Of a DNA stretch of 64,000 bases, positions 62,879 to 64,000 are shown in pieces. Location of the stretch: NCBI GenBank assembly GCA_963662275.1, contig OY759316.1:2176001-2240000 (forward strand), in the 5' to 3' direction. Each line of letters begins with the position of its first letter. Positions within the stretch are counted from its first letter, which is position 1. The position numbers were made by a program, and so were the translations under genes. Below the pieces are notes generated by a model. It did no database searches. It was not told where the DNA came from and saw nothing but the letters and a program-made list of their open reading frames with translations. Source of the DNA: Candidatus Cloacimonadales bacterium. GTDB lineage: Bacteria; Cloacimonadota; Cloacimonadia; Cloacimonadales; DAONDQ01.

Positions 62879-63862
62879 ATGCGTTATACTCTACTCCTTA
62901 TTGTATTCCTTTGTCTATTCTCTTTTGCCTATAGCAGGATCATTACAGTGGATAACAAAATACCATCCATCGGTCAATATTCTACTTTACAGGCAGCACA
63001 TGATATTGCAAATAATGGCGACACCATACAATTAATGCCATCAGGAACTCCATATAATGCGATTTCTATTACAAAGTCGATAAAAATTGTTGGATGTGGA
63101 TGGCAACCATCTTCAAATTTCTTTATTAGAGGTACAGATTTGAATGGAACTCTAACTATTGCATCTAATAATGTAGATGTTGAAGGATTGGGCGGTAGAT
63201 TTAGTATATCGACATATAACACATTAAACAACATTATTGTTTCAAAGTGTTATATAAGTGATTTATCAATCAGTGAAAATTGCTATAATATTGTCATTAA
63301 GCAAAATAGAATTTCTAACAGTTCAAGAACATCAATAACCTGGGGTAACAATGTAAATATTATTTTTTGTAATAATATAATACAAAATTGTTTTCAAACT
63401 GGGTATGGAAGTTCCACAATATTTGATGTATTATCATCTAATATTTCAATCATAAATAATACTCTTATCGGTAATTCATGGGCACAAGCACTATCCACAA
63501 ATTATAGTAGTACTCCGCTGGTTATAAATACTGCTTATGGAAATCTAAATCAAGAGTACTATAATGGAGCATTTCAACAATTTATGCCAGACACCTATAA
63601 TGTATTTATAGGTATTTTTCCCAATTCATCTGATTTTCATTTAATACTAGGCTCCCCAGCCATCGATGCTGGCAATCCAGACCCAATGTTCAATGATCTG
63701 GATGGAAGCAGAAACGATTGCGGAGCTTATGGCGGTCCAACCCCTTTTGTGGATGGTGGGATAACAGGATTACCTGCAATCTACCAAATCTCCGGTCCGC
63801 AGGTTGTAGGACATGATGAAAACTGGGAACTGCAGATCAAAGCTAAGACTAATCGGGAATAG
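62879..63862 (+). CDS. Secreted beta-helix protein
   Basis: Signal peptide, TLQAAHD...GDTI, DFHL..GSPAIDAGNP...DLDGSRNDCGAYGGP. Confidence 0.75.
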   Translation: MRYTLLLIVFLCLFSFAYSRIITVDNKIPSIGQYSTLQAAHDIANNGDTIQLMPSGTPYNAISITKSIKIVGCGWQPSSNFFIRGTDLNGTLTIASNNVDVEGLGGRFSISTYNTLNNIIVSKCYISDLSISENCYNIVIKQNRISNSSRTSITWGNNVNIIFCNNIIQNCFQTGYGSSTIFDVLSSNISIINNTLIGNSWAQALSTNYSSTPLVINTAYGNLNQEYYNGAFQQFMPDTYNVFIGIFPNSSDFHLILGSPAIDAGNPDPMFNDLDGSRNDCGAYGGPTPFVDGGITGLPAIYQISGPQVVGHDENWELQIKAKTNRE

Positions 63863-63870
63863 GAGGAATA

Positions 63871-64000
63871 ATGAAAGCACTATTATTAATTCTTTTTTTT
63901 GTATCATCATATTCTCTTTGGTGTGCAACGCTGATTGTTGACAATAATATACCATCCACAAGCCAGTATACAACTTTGCAAGCTGCTCATGATGCAGCAA
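63871..64000 (+). CDS. Paralog of the preceding beta-helix protein (partial)
   Basis: Not in the ORF track. AGGAGG RBS then MKALLLILFFVSSYSLWCATLIVDNNIPSTSQYTTLQAAHDAA, matching VDNKIPSIGQYSTLQAAHDIA. Confidence 0.8.
   Translation, partial: MKALLLILFFVSSYSLWCATLIVDNNIPSTSQYTTLQAAHDAA

Noticed and set aside
1..64000. tRNA, rRNA or prophage genes
   Set aside because: None recognised by eye; tRNAscan-SE or Infernal would be needed to exclude small RNAs.

Overview
64 kb of AT-rich bacterial chromosome. Several secreted proteins end in a 'NYPNPFNP...IYNIKGQ...WDG.D...SG.YF' FlgD/T9SS-A-like C-terminal domain (CTD), which suggests Cloacimonadota or a related FCB lineage (inference). Core-like content: the start of a polysaccharide locus (Wzz-like and AsnB-like genes), glutamine synthetase type III, TldD/PmbA, and an operon of a giant Ser/Thr-kinase/TPR/GAF/His-kinase, a TPR protein, an outer-membrane barrel and an NlpC/P60 peptidase. 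Mobile elements: two 1861-bp Mutator/IS256-like IS copies encoding identical transposases, each with its own 8-bp target duplication (one disrupts a ~960-aa gene, one sits in a GTAG-REP); a class C group II intron inserted precisely inside a dispersed palindromic REP-like repeat; and an IS21 element with a 6-bp duplication. A candidate anti-phage island (37.5-46.8 kb) holds an ABC ATPase + nuclease-like protein + BsuBI/PstI domain, an OLD-family nuclease, an Mrr-like nuclease, a putative membrane effector and an unusual TIR-(DUF6879-like)-YbaK fusion, which is the best candidate for an undescribed system. Many genes show internal deletions or frameshifts, and intergenic DNA is rich in REP-like, 7-mer and 11-mer repeats. 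All family calls come from motif recognition by eye; no searches were run.
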